Positions 25,901-39,400 of a stretch of DNA of 64,000 nt are shown one piece after another. A program made the translations under genes and the position numbers. The first letter of the stretch is position 1, and each line of letters begins with the position of its first letter. Source of the stretch: the human T2T-CHM13v2.0 reference genome, Homo sapiens. The notes under the pieces were generated by a model. The model did not search any database, had not been told where the DNA came from, and was given only the letters and a program-made list of their open reading frames with translations. The stretch lies in assembly GCF_009914755.1 (NCBI RefSeq), contig NC_060946.1. One strand, written 5' to 3'.

Positions 25901-28900
25901 TAGCTGAGTTCACACATCACAAACAAGTTTATGAGAATGCTTCTGTCTAGTTTTTATTTGAAGATATTTCCTTTCTCACCATAGACCTGAAAGCTGTCCT
26001 AATGTTCACTTCCAGATACTACAGAAAGAGTGCTTCAAAACTGCTGTAAGAAAGGGAATGTTCAACTCTGTGACTTGAATGCACACATCACAAAGAAGTT
26101 TCTGAGGATGCTGCTGTCTTCTTTTTATACGTAATCCCGTTTCCAACGAAATCCTCCAAGCTATCCAAATATCCACTTGCAGATTCCACAGAAAGACTGT
26201 TTCAAAACTGCTCTGTCAATAGAAAGGTTCAACTCTGTTAGCTGCGTGCATATATCCCAAAGAAGATTCTGAGATTGCTTCTGTCTAGTTTTTATGGGAA
26301 GATATTTCCCTTTTCACCGTAGGCGTCAAGGCGCTCCAAATGTCCACTTCCAGATACTACAAAAAGAGTGTTTCAAACCTACTCTGTGAAAGGGAATATT
26401 CAACTCTGTGACTTGAATGCACATATCACAAAGAAGTTTCTGAGAATGCTTCTGTCGAGATTTTATATGAAGATATTCCCGTTTCCAACGAAATCCTGAA
26501 ATCTATCCAAATATCCCCTCGCAGATTCTACAAAAAGAGTGTTTCAAAACTGCTCTGTAAAAAGAAAGGTTCAACTCTGTTAGTTGAGTACACACATCAC
26601 AAACAAGTTTCACAGAATGCTTCTTTCTAGATTATAGGGGAAGATATTCCCTTTATCACCATGGGCCTCAAACCGTCCGAAACGTCCACTTCCATATACT
26701 ACAAAAAGAGCGTTTCAAACCTGCTCTAGGAAAGGCAATGTTCAACTCTGTGACTTGAATGCAGACATCACAGAGCAGTTTCTGAGAATGCTTCTGTCTA
26801 GATTTTATAGGAAGATATTCCCGTTTCCAACGATATCTTCACAGCTATCCCAATATCCACTTGCAGATTCTACAAAAAGAGTGTATCAAAACTGCTCTGT
26901 CAAAAGGAAGGTTCTTCTCTGTTAGGTGAGTGCATACGTCATAAAGGAGTTTCTGAGAATGTTTCTGTCTAGTGGTTATGGGAAGATATTTGCTTTTACA
27001 CCGTAGGCCTCAGAGCGCTCCAAATATCCACTTGCACATACTACAAAAAGAGTGCCTCAAAGCTGCTCTCTGAATCGGAATGTTCAACTCTATGAGTTGA
27101 ATGCAAACATCACAACGACGTTTCTGAGAATGCTTCTGTCTAGATTTGATATGAAGATATTCCCGTTACCAACGAAATCTTCAAATCTATCCAAATGTCC
27201 ACTTGCAGATTCAACAAAAAGTGTTTTTCAGAACTGCTCTATCAAAAGAAAGATCCACCTCTGTTAGCTGAGTTCACACATCACAAACAAGTTTATGAGA
27301 ATGCTTCTGTCTAGTTTTTATTTGAAGATATTTCCTTTCTCACCATAGACCTGAAAGCTGTCCTAATGTTCACTTCCAGATACTACAGAAAGAGTGTTTC
27401 AAAACTGCTGTACGAAAGGGAATGTTCAACTCTTTGACTTGAATGCACACATCACAAAGAAGTTTCTGAGGATGCTGCTGTCTACTTTTTATACGTAATC
27501 CCGTTTCCAACGAAATCCTCCAAGCTATCCAAATATCCACTTGCAGATTCCACAGAAAGACTGTTTCAAAACTGCTCTGTCAATAGAAAGGTTCAACTCT
27601 GTTAGCTGCGTGCATATATCCCAAAGAAGATTCTGAGATTGCTTCTGTCTAGTTTTTATGTGAAGATATTTCCCTTTTCACCGTAGGCGTCAAGGCGCTC
27701 CAAATGTCCACTTCCAGATACTACAAAAAGAGTGTTTCAAACCTACTCTGTGAAAGGGAATATTCAACTCTGTGACTTGAATGCACATATCACAAAGAAG
27801 TTTCTGATAATGCTTCTGTCGAGATTTTATATGAAGATATTCCCGTTTCCAACGAAATCCTGAAATCTATCCAAATATCCCCTCGCAGATTCTACAAAAA
27901 GAGTGGTTCAAAACTGCTCTGTAAAACGAAAGGTTCAACTCTGTTAGTTGAGTACACACATCACAAACAAGTTTCACAGAATGCTTCTTTCTAGCTTGTA
28001 GGGGAAGATATTCCCTTTATCACCATGGGCCTCAAACCGTCCGAAACGTCCACTTCCATATACTACAAAAAGAGCGTTTCAAACCTGCTCTAGGAAAGGC
28101 AATGTTCAACTCTGTGACTTGAATGCAGACATCACAGAGCAGTTTCTGAGAATGCTTCTGTCTAGATTTTATAGGAAGATATTCCCGTTCCAACGAAATC
28201 TTCACAGCTATCCCAATATCCACTTGCAGATTCTACAAAAAGAGTGTATCAAAACTGCTCTGTCAAAAGGAAGGTTCTTCTCTGTTAGGTGAGTGCATAC
28301 GTCATAAAGGAGTTTCTGAGAATGTTTCTGTCTAGTGGTTATGGGAAGATATTTGCTTTTTCACCGAAGGCCTCAGAGCGCTCCAAATATCCACTTGCAC
28401 ATACTACAAAAAGAGTGCCTCAAAGCTGCTCTCTGAAACGGAATGTTCAACTCTATGAGTTGAATGCAAACATCACAAAGACGTTTCCGAGAATGCTTCT
28501 GTCTAGATTTGATATGAAGAGATTCCCGTTTCCAACGAAATCTTCAAATCTATCCAAATGTCCACTTGCAGATTCAACAAAAAGTGTTTTTCAGAACTGC
28601 TCTATCAAAAGAAAGATCCACCTCTGTTAGCTGAGTTCACACATCACAAACAAGTTTATGAGAATGCTTCTGTCTAGTTTTTATTTGAAGATATTTTCTT
28701 TCTCACCATAGACCTGAAAGCTGTCCTAATGTTCACTTCCAGATACTACAGAAAGAGTGTTTCAAAACTGCTGTACGAAAGGGAATGTTCAACTCTGTGA
28801 CTTGAATGCACACATCACAAAGAAGTTTCTGAGGATGCTGCTGTCTACTTTTTATACGTAATCCCGTTTCCAACGAAATCCTCCAAGCTATCCAAATATC

Positions 28901-30240
28901 CATTTGCAGATTCCACAGAAAGACTGTTTCAAAACTGCTCTGTCAATAGAAAGGTTCAACTCTGTTAGCTGCGTGCATATATCCCAAAGAAGATTCTGAG
29001 ATTGCTTCTGTCTAGTTTTTATGGGAAGATATTTCCCTTTTCACCGTAGGCGTCAAGGCGCTCCAAATGTCCACTTCCAGATACTACAAAAAGAGTGTTT
29101 CAAACCTACTCTGTGAAAGGGAATATTCAACTCTGTGACTTGAATGCACATATCACAAAGAAGTTTCTGAGAATGCTTCTGTCGAGATTTTATATGAAGA
29201 TATTACCTTTTCCAACGAAATCCTGAAATCTATCCAAATATCCCCTCGCAGATTCTACAAAAAGAGTGTTTCAAAACTGCTCTGTAAAAAGAAAGGTTCA
29301 ACTCTGTTACTTGAGTACACACATCACAAACAAGTTTCACAGAATGCTTCTTTCTAGCTTGTAGGGGAAGATATTCCCTTTATCACCATGGGCCTCAAAC
29401 CGTCCGAAACGTCCACTTCCATATACTACAAAAAGAGCGTTTCAAACCTGCTCTAGGAAAGGCAATGTTCAACTCTGTGACTTGAATGCAGACATCACAG
29501 AGCAGTTTCTGAGAATGCTTCTGTCTAGATTTTATAGGAATGTATTCCCGTTTCCAACGAAATCTTCACAGCTATCCAAATATCCACTTGCAGATTCTAC
29601 AAAAAGAGTGTATCAAAACTGCTCTGTCAAAAGGCAGGTTCTTCTCTGTTAGTTGAGTACATACGTCATAAAGGAGTTTCTGAGAATGTTTCTGTCTAGT
29701 GGTTATGGGAAGATATTTGCTTTTTCACCTTAGGCCTCAGAGCGCTCCAAATATCCACTTGCACATACTACAAAAAGAGTGCTTCAAAGCTGCTCTCTGA
29801 AAGGGAATGTTCAACTCTATGAGTTGAATGCAAACATCACAAAGACGTTTCTGACAATGCTTCTGTCTAGATTTGATATGAAGATATTCCCGTTTCCAAC
29901 GAAATCTTCAAATCTATCCAAATGTCCACTTGCAGATTCAACAAAAAGTGTTTTTCCGAACTGCTCTATCAAAAGAAAGATCCGCCTCTGTTAGCTGAGT
30001 TCACACATCACAAACAAGTTTATGAGAATGCTTCTGTCTAGTTTTTATTTGAAGATATTTCCTTTCTCACCATAGACCTGAAAGCTGTCCTAATGTTCAC
30101 TTCCAGATACTACAGAAAGAGTGTTTCAAAACTGCTGTACGAAAGGGAATGTTCAACTCTGTGACTTGAATGCACACATCACAAAGAAGTTTCTGAGGAT
30201 GCTGCTGTCTACTTTTTATACATAATCCCGTTTCCAACGA
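22962..30240. repeat. Segmental duplicate (partner ~56714-64000; offsets 33752/32389/33753)
   Basis: Shared rare alleles are cacttgcagatact, a 1-bp G deletion (~23570/57322), ttatgtgaag, gagtggttc, a 1-bp CENP-B box deletion (~28189/60578), tattacctttt, ggaatgtatt and ttatacataat. Confidence 0.85.
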
Positions 30241-32388
30241 AATCCTCCAATCTATCCAAATATCCACTTGCAGATTCCACAGAAAGACTGTTTGAAATCT
30301 GCTCTGTCAATAGAAAGATTCAACTCTGTTAGCTGCGTGCATATATCCCAAAGAAGATTCTGAGATTGCTTCTGTCTAGTTTTTATGGGAAGATATTTCC
30401 CTTTTCACCGTAGGCGTCAAGGCGCTCCAAATGTCCACTTCCAGATACTACAAAAAGAGTGTTTCAAACCTACTCTGTGAAAGGGAATATTCAACTCTGT
30501 GACTTGAATGCACATATCACAAAGAAGTTTCTGAGAATGCTTCTGTCGAGATTTTATATGAAGATATTCCCGTTTCCAACGGAATCCTGAAATCTATCCA
30601 AATATCCCCTCGCAGATTCTACAAAAAGAGTGTTTCAAAACTGCTCTGTAAAAAGAAAGGTTCAACTCTGTTAGTTGAGTACACACATCACAAACAAGTT
30701 TCACAGAATGCTTCTTTCTAGCTTGTAGGGGAAGATATTCCCTTTATCACCATGGGCCTCAAACCGTCCGAAACGTCCACTTCCATATACTACAAAAAGA
30801 GCGTTTCAAACCTGCTCTAGGAAAGGCAATGTTCAACTCTGTGACTTGAATGCAGACATCACAGAGCAGTTTCTGAGAATGCTTCTGTCTAGATTTTATA
30901 GGAAGATATTCCCGTTTCCAACGAAATCTTCACAGCTATCCAAATATCCACTTGCAGATTCTACAAAAAGAGTGTATCAAAACTGCTCTGTCAAAAGGAA
31001 GGTTCTTCTCTGTTAGGTGAGTGCATACGTCATAAAGGAGTTTCTGAGAATGTTTCTGTCTAGTGGTTATGGGAAGATATTTGCTTTTTCACCGTAGGCC
31101 TCACAGCGCTCCAAATATCCACTTGCACATACTACAAAAAGAGTGCTTCAAAGCTGCTCTCTGAAACGGAATGTTCAACTCTATGAGTTGAATGCAAACA
31201 TCACAAAGAGGTTTCTGAGAATGCTTCTGTCTAGATTTGATATGAAGATATTCCCGTTTCCAACGAAATCTTCAAATCTATCCAAATGTCCACTTGCAGA
31301 TTCAACAAAAAGTGTTTTTCCGAACTGCTCTATCAAAAGAAAGATCCATCTCTGTTAGCTGAGTTCACACATCACAAACAAGTTTATGAGAATGCTTCTG
31401 TCTAGTTTTTATTTGAAGATATTTCCTTTCTCACCATAGACCTGAAAGCTGTCCTAATGTTCACTTCCAGATACTACAGAAAGAGTGTTTCAAAACTGCT
31501 GTACGAAAGGGAATGTTCAACTCTGTGACTTGAATGCACACATCACAAAGAAGTTTCTGAGGATGCTGCTGTCTACTTTTTATACGTAATCCCGTTTCCA
31601 ACGAAATCCTCCAATCTATCCAAATATCCACTTGCAGATTCCACAGAAAGACTGTTTCAAATCTGCTCTGTCAACAGAAAGATTCAAGTCTGTTAGCTGC
31701 GTGCATATATCCCAAAGAAGATTCTGAGATTGCTTCTGTCTAGTTTTTATGGGAAGATATTTCCCTTTTCACCGTAGGCGTCAAGGCGCTCCAAATGTCC
31801 ACTTCCAGATACTACAAAAAGAGTGTTTCAAACCTACTCTGTGAAAGGGAATATTCAACTCTGTGACTTGAATGCACATATCACAAAGAAGTTTCTGAGA
31901 ATGCTTCTGTCGAGATTTTATATGAAGATATTCCCGTTTCCAACGAAATCCTGAAATCTCTCCAAATATCCCCTCGCAGATTCTACAAAAAGAGTGTTTC
32001 AAAACTGCTCTGTAAAAAGAAAGGTTCAACTCTGTTACTTGAGTACACACATCACAAACAAGTTTCACAGAATGATTCTTTCTAGCTTGTAGGGGAAGAT
32101 ATTCCCTTTATCACCATGGGCCTCAAACCGTCCGAAACGTCCACTTCCATATACTACAAAAAGAGCGTTTCAAACCTGCTCTATGAAAGGCAATGTTCAA
32201 CTCTGTGACTTGAATGCAGACATCACAGAGCAGTTTCTGAGAATGCTTCTGTCTAGATTTTATAGGAAGATATTACCGTTTCCAACGAAATCTTCACAGC
32301 TATCCCAATATCCACTTGCAGATTCTACAAAAAGAGTGTATCAAAACTGCTCTGTCAAAAGGAAGGTTCTTCTCTGTTAGGTGAGTGC

Positions 32389-35300
32389 ACACGTCATAAA
32401 GGAGTTTCTGAGAATGTTTCTGTCTAGTGGTTATGGGAAGATATTTGCTTTTTCACCGTAGGCCCCAGAGCGCTCCAAATATCCACTTGCACATACTACA
32501 AAAAGAGTGCTTCAAAGCTGCTCTCTGAAACGGAATGTTCAACTCTATGAGTTGAATGCAATCATCACAAAGACGTTTCTGAGAATGCTTCTGTCTAGAT
32601 TTGATATGAAGATATTCCCGTTTCCAACGAAATCTTCAAATCTATCCAAATGTCCACTTGCAGATTCAACAAAAAGTGTTTTTCAGAACTGCTCTATCAA
32701 AAGAAAGGTCCACCTCTGTTAGCTGAGTTCACACATCACAAACAAGTTTATGAGAATGCTTCTGTCTAGTTTTTATTTGAAGATATTTCCTTTCTCACCA
32801 TAGACCTGAAAGCTGTCCTAATGTTCACTTCCAGATACTACAGAAAGAGTGTTTCAAAACTGCTGTACGAAAGGGAATGTTCAACACTGTGACTTGAAAG
32901 CACACATCACAAAGAAGTTTCTGAGGATGCTGCTGTCTACTTTTTATACGTAATCCCGTTTCCAACGAAATCCTCCAAGCTATCCAAATATCCACTTGCA
33001 GGTTCCACAGAAAGACTGTTTCAAAACTGCTCTGTCAATAGAAAGGTTCAACTCTGTTAGCTGCGTGCATATATCCCAAAGAAGATTCTGAGATTGCTTC
33101 TGTCTAGTTTTTATGGGAAGATATTTCCCTTTTCACCGTAGGCATCAAGGCGCTCCAAATGTCCACTTCCAGATACTACAAAAAGAGTGTTTCAAACCTA
33201 CTCTGTGAAAGGGAGTATTCAACTCTGTGACTTGAATACACATATTCCAAAGAAGTTTCTGAGAATGCTTCTGTCGAGATTTTATATGAAGATATTCCCG
33301 TTTCCAACGAAATCCTGAAATCTATCCAAATATCCCCTCGCAGATTCTACAAAAAGAGTGTTTCAAAACTGCTCTGTAAAAAGAAAGGTTCAACTCTGTT
33401 AGTTGAGTACACACATCACAAACAAGTTTCACAGAATGCTTCTTTCTAGCTTGTAGGGGAAGATATTCCCTTTATCACCATGGGCCTCAAACCGTCCGAA
33501 ACGTCTACTTCCATATACTACAAAAAGAGCGTTTCAAACCTGCTCTAGGAAAGGCAATGTTCAACTCTGTGACTTGAATGCAGACATCACAGAGCAGTTT
33601 CTGAGAATGCTTCTGTCTAGATTTTATAGGAAGATATTCCCGTTTCCAACGAAATCTTCACAGCTATCCAAATATCCACTTGCAGATTCTACAAAAAGTG
33701 TGTATCAAAAATGCTCTGTCAAAAGGAAGGTTCTTCTCTGTTAGGTGAGTGCACACGTCATAAAGGAGTTTCTGAGAATGTTTCTGTCTAGTGGTTATGG
33801 GAAGATATTTGCTTTTTCACCTTAGGCCTCAGAGCGCTCCAAATATCCCCTTGCACATACTACAAAAAGAGTGCTTCAAAGCTGCTCTCTGAAACGGAAT
33901 GTTCAACTCTATGAGTTGAATGCAAACATCACAAAGACGTTTCTGAGAATGCTTCTGTCTAGATTTGATATGAAGATATTCCCGTTTCCAACGAAATCTT
34001 CAAATCTATCCAAATGTCCACTTGCAGATTCAACAAAAAGTGTTTTTCAGAACTGCTCTATCAAAAGAAAGATCCACCTCTGTTAGCTGAGTTCACACAT
34101 CACAAACAAGTTTATGAGAATGCTTCTGTCTAGTTTTTATTTGAAGATATTTCCTTTCTCACCATAGACCTGAAAGCTGTCCTAATGTTCACTTCCAGAT
34201 ACTACAGAAAGAGTGTTTCAAAACTGCTGTACGAAAGGGAATGTTCAACACTGTGACTTGAAAGCACACATCACAAAGAAGTTTCTGAGGATGCTGCTGT
34301 CTACTTTTTATACGTAATCCCGTTTCCAACGAAATCCTCCAAGCTATCCAAATATCCACTTGCAGGTTCCACAGAAAGACTGTTTCAAAACTGCTCTGTC
34401 AATAGAAAGGTTCAACTCTGTTAGCTGCGTGCATATATCCCAAAGAAGATTCTGAGATTGCTTCTGTCTAGTTTTTATGGGAAGATATTTCCCTTTTCAC
34501 CGTAGGCGTCAAGGCGCTCCAAATGTCCACTTCCAGATACTACAAAAAGAGTGTTTCAAACCTACTCTGTGAAAGGGAGTATTCAACTCTGTGACTTGAA
34601 TACACATATTCCAAAGAAGTTTCTGAGAATGCTTCTGTCGAGATTTTATATGAAGATATTCCCGTTTCCAACGAAATCCTGAAATCTATCCAAATATCCC
34701 CTCGCAGATTCTACAAAAAGAGTGTTTCAAAACTGCTCTGTAAAAAGAAAGGTTCAACTCTGTTAGTTGAGTACACACATCACAAACAAGTTTCACAGAA
34801 TGCTTCTTTCTAGCTTGTAGGGGAAGATATTCCCTTTATCACCATGGGCCTCAAACCGTCCGAAACGTCTACTTCCATATACTACAAAAAGAGCGTTTCA
34901 AACCTGCTCTAGGAAAGGCAATGTTCAACTCTGTGACTTGAATGCAGACATCACAGAGCAGTTTCTGAGAATGCTTCTGTCTAGATTTTATAGGAAGATA
35001 TTCCCGTTTCCAACGAAAACTTCACAGCTATCCAAATATCCACTTGCAGATTCTACAAAAAGAGTGTATCAAAAATGCTCTGTCAAAAGGAAGGTTCTTC
35101 TCTGTTAGGTGAGTGCACACGTCATAAAGGAGTTTCTGAGAATGTTTCTGTCTAGTGGTTATGGGAAGATATTTGCTTTTTCACCTTAGGCCTCAGAGCG
35201 CTCCAAATATCCCCTTGCACATACTACAAAAAGAGTGCTTCAAAGCTGCTCTCTGAAACGGAATGTTCAACTCTATGAGTTGAATGCAAACATCACAAAG

Positions 35301-36481
35301 ACGTTTCTGAGAATGCTTCTGTCTAGATTTGATATATAGATATTCCCGTTTCCAACGAAATCTTCAAATCTATCCAAATGTCCACTTGCAGATTCAACAA
35401 AAAGTGTTTTTCAGAACTGCTCTATCAAAAGAAAGATCCACCTCTGTTAGCTGAGTTCACACATCACAAACAAGTTTATGAGAATGCTTCTGTCTAGTTT
35501 TTATTTGAAGATATTTCTTTTCTCACCATAGACCTGAAAGCTGTCCTAATGTTCACTTCCAGATACTACAGAAAGAGTGTTTCAAAACTGCTGTACGAAA
35601 GGGAATGTTCAACACTGTGACTTGAATGCACACATCACAAAGAAGTTTCTGAGGATGCTGCTGTCTACTTTTTATACGTAATCCCGTTTCCAACGAAATC
35701 CTCCAAGCTATCCAAATATCCACTTGCAGATTCCACAGAAAGACTGTTTCAAAACTGCTCTGTCAATAGAAAGGTTCAACTCTGTTAGCTGCGTGCATAT
35801 ATCCCAAAGAAGATTCTGAGATTGCTTCTGTCTAGTTTTTATGGGAAGATATTTCCCTTTTCACCGTAGGCGTCAAGGCGCTCCAAATGTCCACTTCCAG
35901 ATACTACAAAAAGAGTGTTTCAAACCTACTCTGTGAAAGGGAGTATTCAACTCTGTGACTTGAATACACATATCACAAAGAAGTTTCTGAGAATGCTTCT
36001 GTCGAGATTTTATATGAAGATATTCCCGTTACCAACGAAATCCTGAAATCTATCCAAATATCCCCTCGCAGATTCTACAAAAAGAGTGTTTCAAAACTGC
36101 TCTGTAAAAAGAAAGGTTCAACTCTGTTAGTTGAGTACACACATCACAAACAAGTTTCACAGAATGCTTCTTTCTAGCTTGTAGGGGAAGATATTCCCTT
36201 TATCACCATGGGCCTCAAACCGTCCGAAACGTCTACTTCCATATACTACAAAAAGAGCGTTTCAAACCTGCTCTATGAAAGGCAATGTTCAACTCTGTGA
36301 CTTGAATGCAGACATCACAGAGCAGTTTCTGAGAATGCTTCTGTCTAGATTTTATAGGAAGATATTCCCGTTTCCAACGAAATCTTCACAGCTATCCAAA
36401 TATCCACTTGCAGATTCTACAAAAAGAGTGTATCAAAACTGCTCTGTCAAAAGGAAGGTTCTTCTCTGTTAGGTGAGTGCA
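32389..36481. repeat. Local tandem expansion of one HOR haplotype (~3 units)
   Basis: Alleles gcacacgtc, caacactgt, gggagtatt and acgtctact recur at 1364-bp steps, and I saw them only in this interval. Confidence 0.85.
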
Positions 36482-39400
36482 CACGTCATAAAGGAGTTTC
36501 TGAGAATGTTTCTGTCTAGTGGTTATGGGAAGATATTTGCTTTTTCACCGTAGGTCTCAGAGCGCTCCAAATATCCACTTGCACATACTACAAAAAGAGT
36601 GCTTCAAAGCTGCTCTCTGAAACGGAATGTTCAACTCTATGAGTTGAATGCAAACATCACAAAGACGTTTCTGAGAATGCTTCTGTCTAGATTTGATATG
36701 AAGATATTCCCGTTTCCAAGGAAATCTTCAAAACTATCCAAATGTCCACTTGCAGATTCAACAAAAAGTGTTTTTCAGAACTGCTCTATCAAAAGAAAGA
36801 TCCACCGCTGTTTGCTGAGTTCACACATCACAAACAAGTTTATGAGAATGCTTCTGTCTAGTTTTTATTTGAAGATATTTCCTTTCTCACCATAGAGCTG
36901 AAAGCTGTCCTAATGTTCACTTCCAGATACTACAGAAAGAGTGTTTCAAAACTGCTGTACGAAAGGGAATGTTCAACTCTGTGACTTGAATGCACACATC
37001 ACAAAGAAGTTTCTGAGGATGCTGCTGTCTACTTTTTATACGTAATCCCGTTTCCAACGAAATCCTCCAAGCTATCCAAATATCCACTTGCAGATTCCAC
37101 AGAAAGACTGTTTCAAAACTGCTCTGTCAATAGAAAGGTTCAACTCTGTTAGCTGCGTGCATATATCCCAAAGAAGATTCTGAGATTGCTTCTGTCTAGT
37201 TTTTATGGGAAGATATTTCCCTTTTCACCGTAGGCGTCAAGGCGCTCCAAATGTCCACTTCCAGATACTACAAAAAGAGTGTTTCAAACCTACTCTGTGA
37301 AAGCGAATATTCAACTCTGTGACTTGAATGCACATATCACAAAGAAGTTTCTGAGAATGCTTCTGTCGAGATTTTACATGAAGATATTCCCGTTTCCAAC
37401 GAAATCCTGAAATCTATCCAAATATCCCCTCGCAGATTCTACAAAAAGAGTGTTTCAAAACTGCTCTGTAAAAAGAAAGGTTCAACTCTGTTAGTTGAGT
37501 ACACACATCACAAACAAGTTTCACAGAATGCTTCTTTCTAGCTTGTAGGGGAAGATATTCCCTTTATCACCATGGGCCTCCAACCGTCCGAAACGTCCAC
37601 TTCCATATACTACCAAAAGAGCGTTTCAAACCTGCTCTAGGAAAGGCAATGTTCAACTCTGTGACTTGAATGCAGACATCACAGAGCAGTTTCTGAGAAT
37701 GCTTCTGTCTAGATTTTATAGGAAGATATTCCCGTTTCCAACGAAATCTTCACAGCTATCCAAATATCCACTTGCAGATTCTACAAAAAGAGTGTATCAA
37801 AACTGCTCTGTCAAAAGGAAGGTTCTTCTCTGTTAGGTGAGTGCATACGTCATAAAGGAGTTTCTGAGAATGTTTCTGTCTGGTGGTTATGGGAAGATAT
37901 TTGCTTTTTCACCGTAGGCCTCAGAGCGCTCCAAATATCCACTTGCACATACTACAAAAAGAGTGCCTCAAAGCTGCTCTCTGAAACGGAATGTTCAACT
38001 CTATGAGTTGAATGCAAACATCACAAAGACGTTTCTGAGAATGCTTCTGTCTAGATTTGATATGAAGATATTCCCGTTTCCAACGAAATCTTCAAATCTA
38101 TCCAAATGTCCACTTGCATAATCAACAAAAAGTGTTTTTCAGAACTGCTCTATCAAAAGAAAGATCCACCTCTGTTAGCTGAGTTCACACATCACAAACA
38201 AGTTTATGAGAATGCTTCTGTCTAGTTTTTATTTGAAGATATTTCCTTTCTCACCATAGACCTGAAAGCTGTCCTAATGTTCACTTCCAGATACTACAGA
38301 AAGAGTGTTTCAAAACTGCTGTACGAAAGGGAATGTTCAACTCTGTGACTTGAATGCACACATCACAAAGTAGTTTCTGAGGATGCTGCTGTCCACTTTT
38401 TATACGTAATCCCGTTTCCAACGAAATCCTCCAAGCTATCCAAATATCCACTTGCAGATTCCACAGAAAGACTGTTTCAAAACTGCTCTGTCAATAGAAA
38501 GGTTCAACTCTGTTAGCTGCGTGCATATATCCCAAAGAAGATTCTGAGATTGCTTCTGTCTAGTTTTTATGGGAAGATATTTCCCTTTTCACCGTAGGCG
38601 TCAAGGCGCTCCAAATGTCCACTTCCAGATACTACAAAAAGAGTGTTTCAAACCTACTCTGTGAAAGCGAATATTCAACTCTGTGACTTGAATGCACATA
38701 TCACAAAGAAGTTTCTGAGAATGCTTCTGTCGAGATTTTATATGAAGATATTCCCGTTTCCAACGAAATCCTGAAATCTATCCAAATATCCCCTCGCAGA
38801 TTCTACAAAAAGAGTGTTTCAAAACTGCTCTGTAAAAAGAAAGGTTCAACTCTGTTAGTTGAGTACACACATCACAAACAAGTTTCACAGAATGCTTCTT
38901 TCTAGCTTGTAGGGGAAGATATTCCCTTTATCACCATGGGCCTCCAACCGTCCGAAACGTCCACTTCCATATACTACAAAAAGAGCGTTTCAAACCTGCT
39001 CTATGAAAGGCAATGTTCAACTCTGTGACTTGAATGCAGACATCACAGAGCAGTTTCTGAGAATGCTTCTGTCTAGATTTTATAGGAAGATATTCCCGTT
39101 TCCAACGAAATCTTCACAGCTATCCAAATATCCACTTGCAGATTCTACAAAAAGAGTGTATCAAAACTGCTCTGTCAAAGGAAGGTTCTTCTCTGTTAGG
39201 TGAGTGCATACGTCATACAGGAGTTTCTGAGAATGTTTCTGTCTAGTGGTTATGGGAAGATATTTGCTTTTTCACCGTAGGCCTCAGAGCGCTCCAAATA
39301 TCCACTTGCACATACTACAAAAAGAGTGCCTCAAAGCTGCTCTCTGAAACGGAATGTTCAACTCTATGAGTTGAATGCAAACATCACAAAGACGTTTCTG

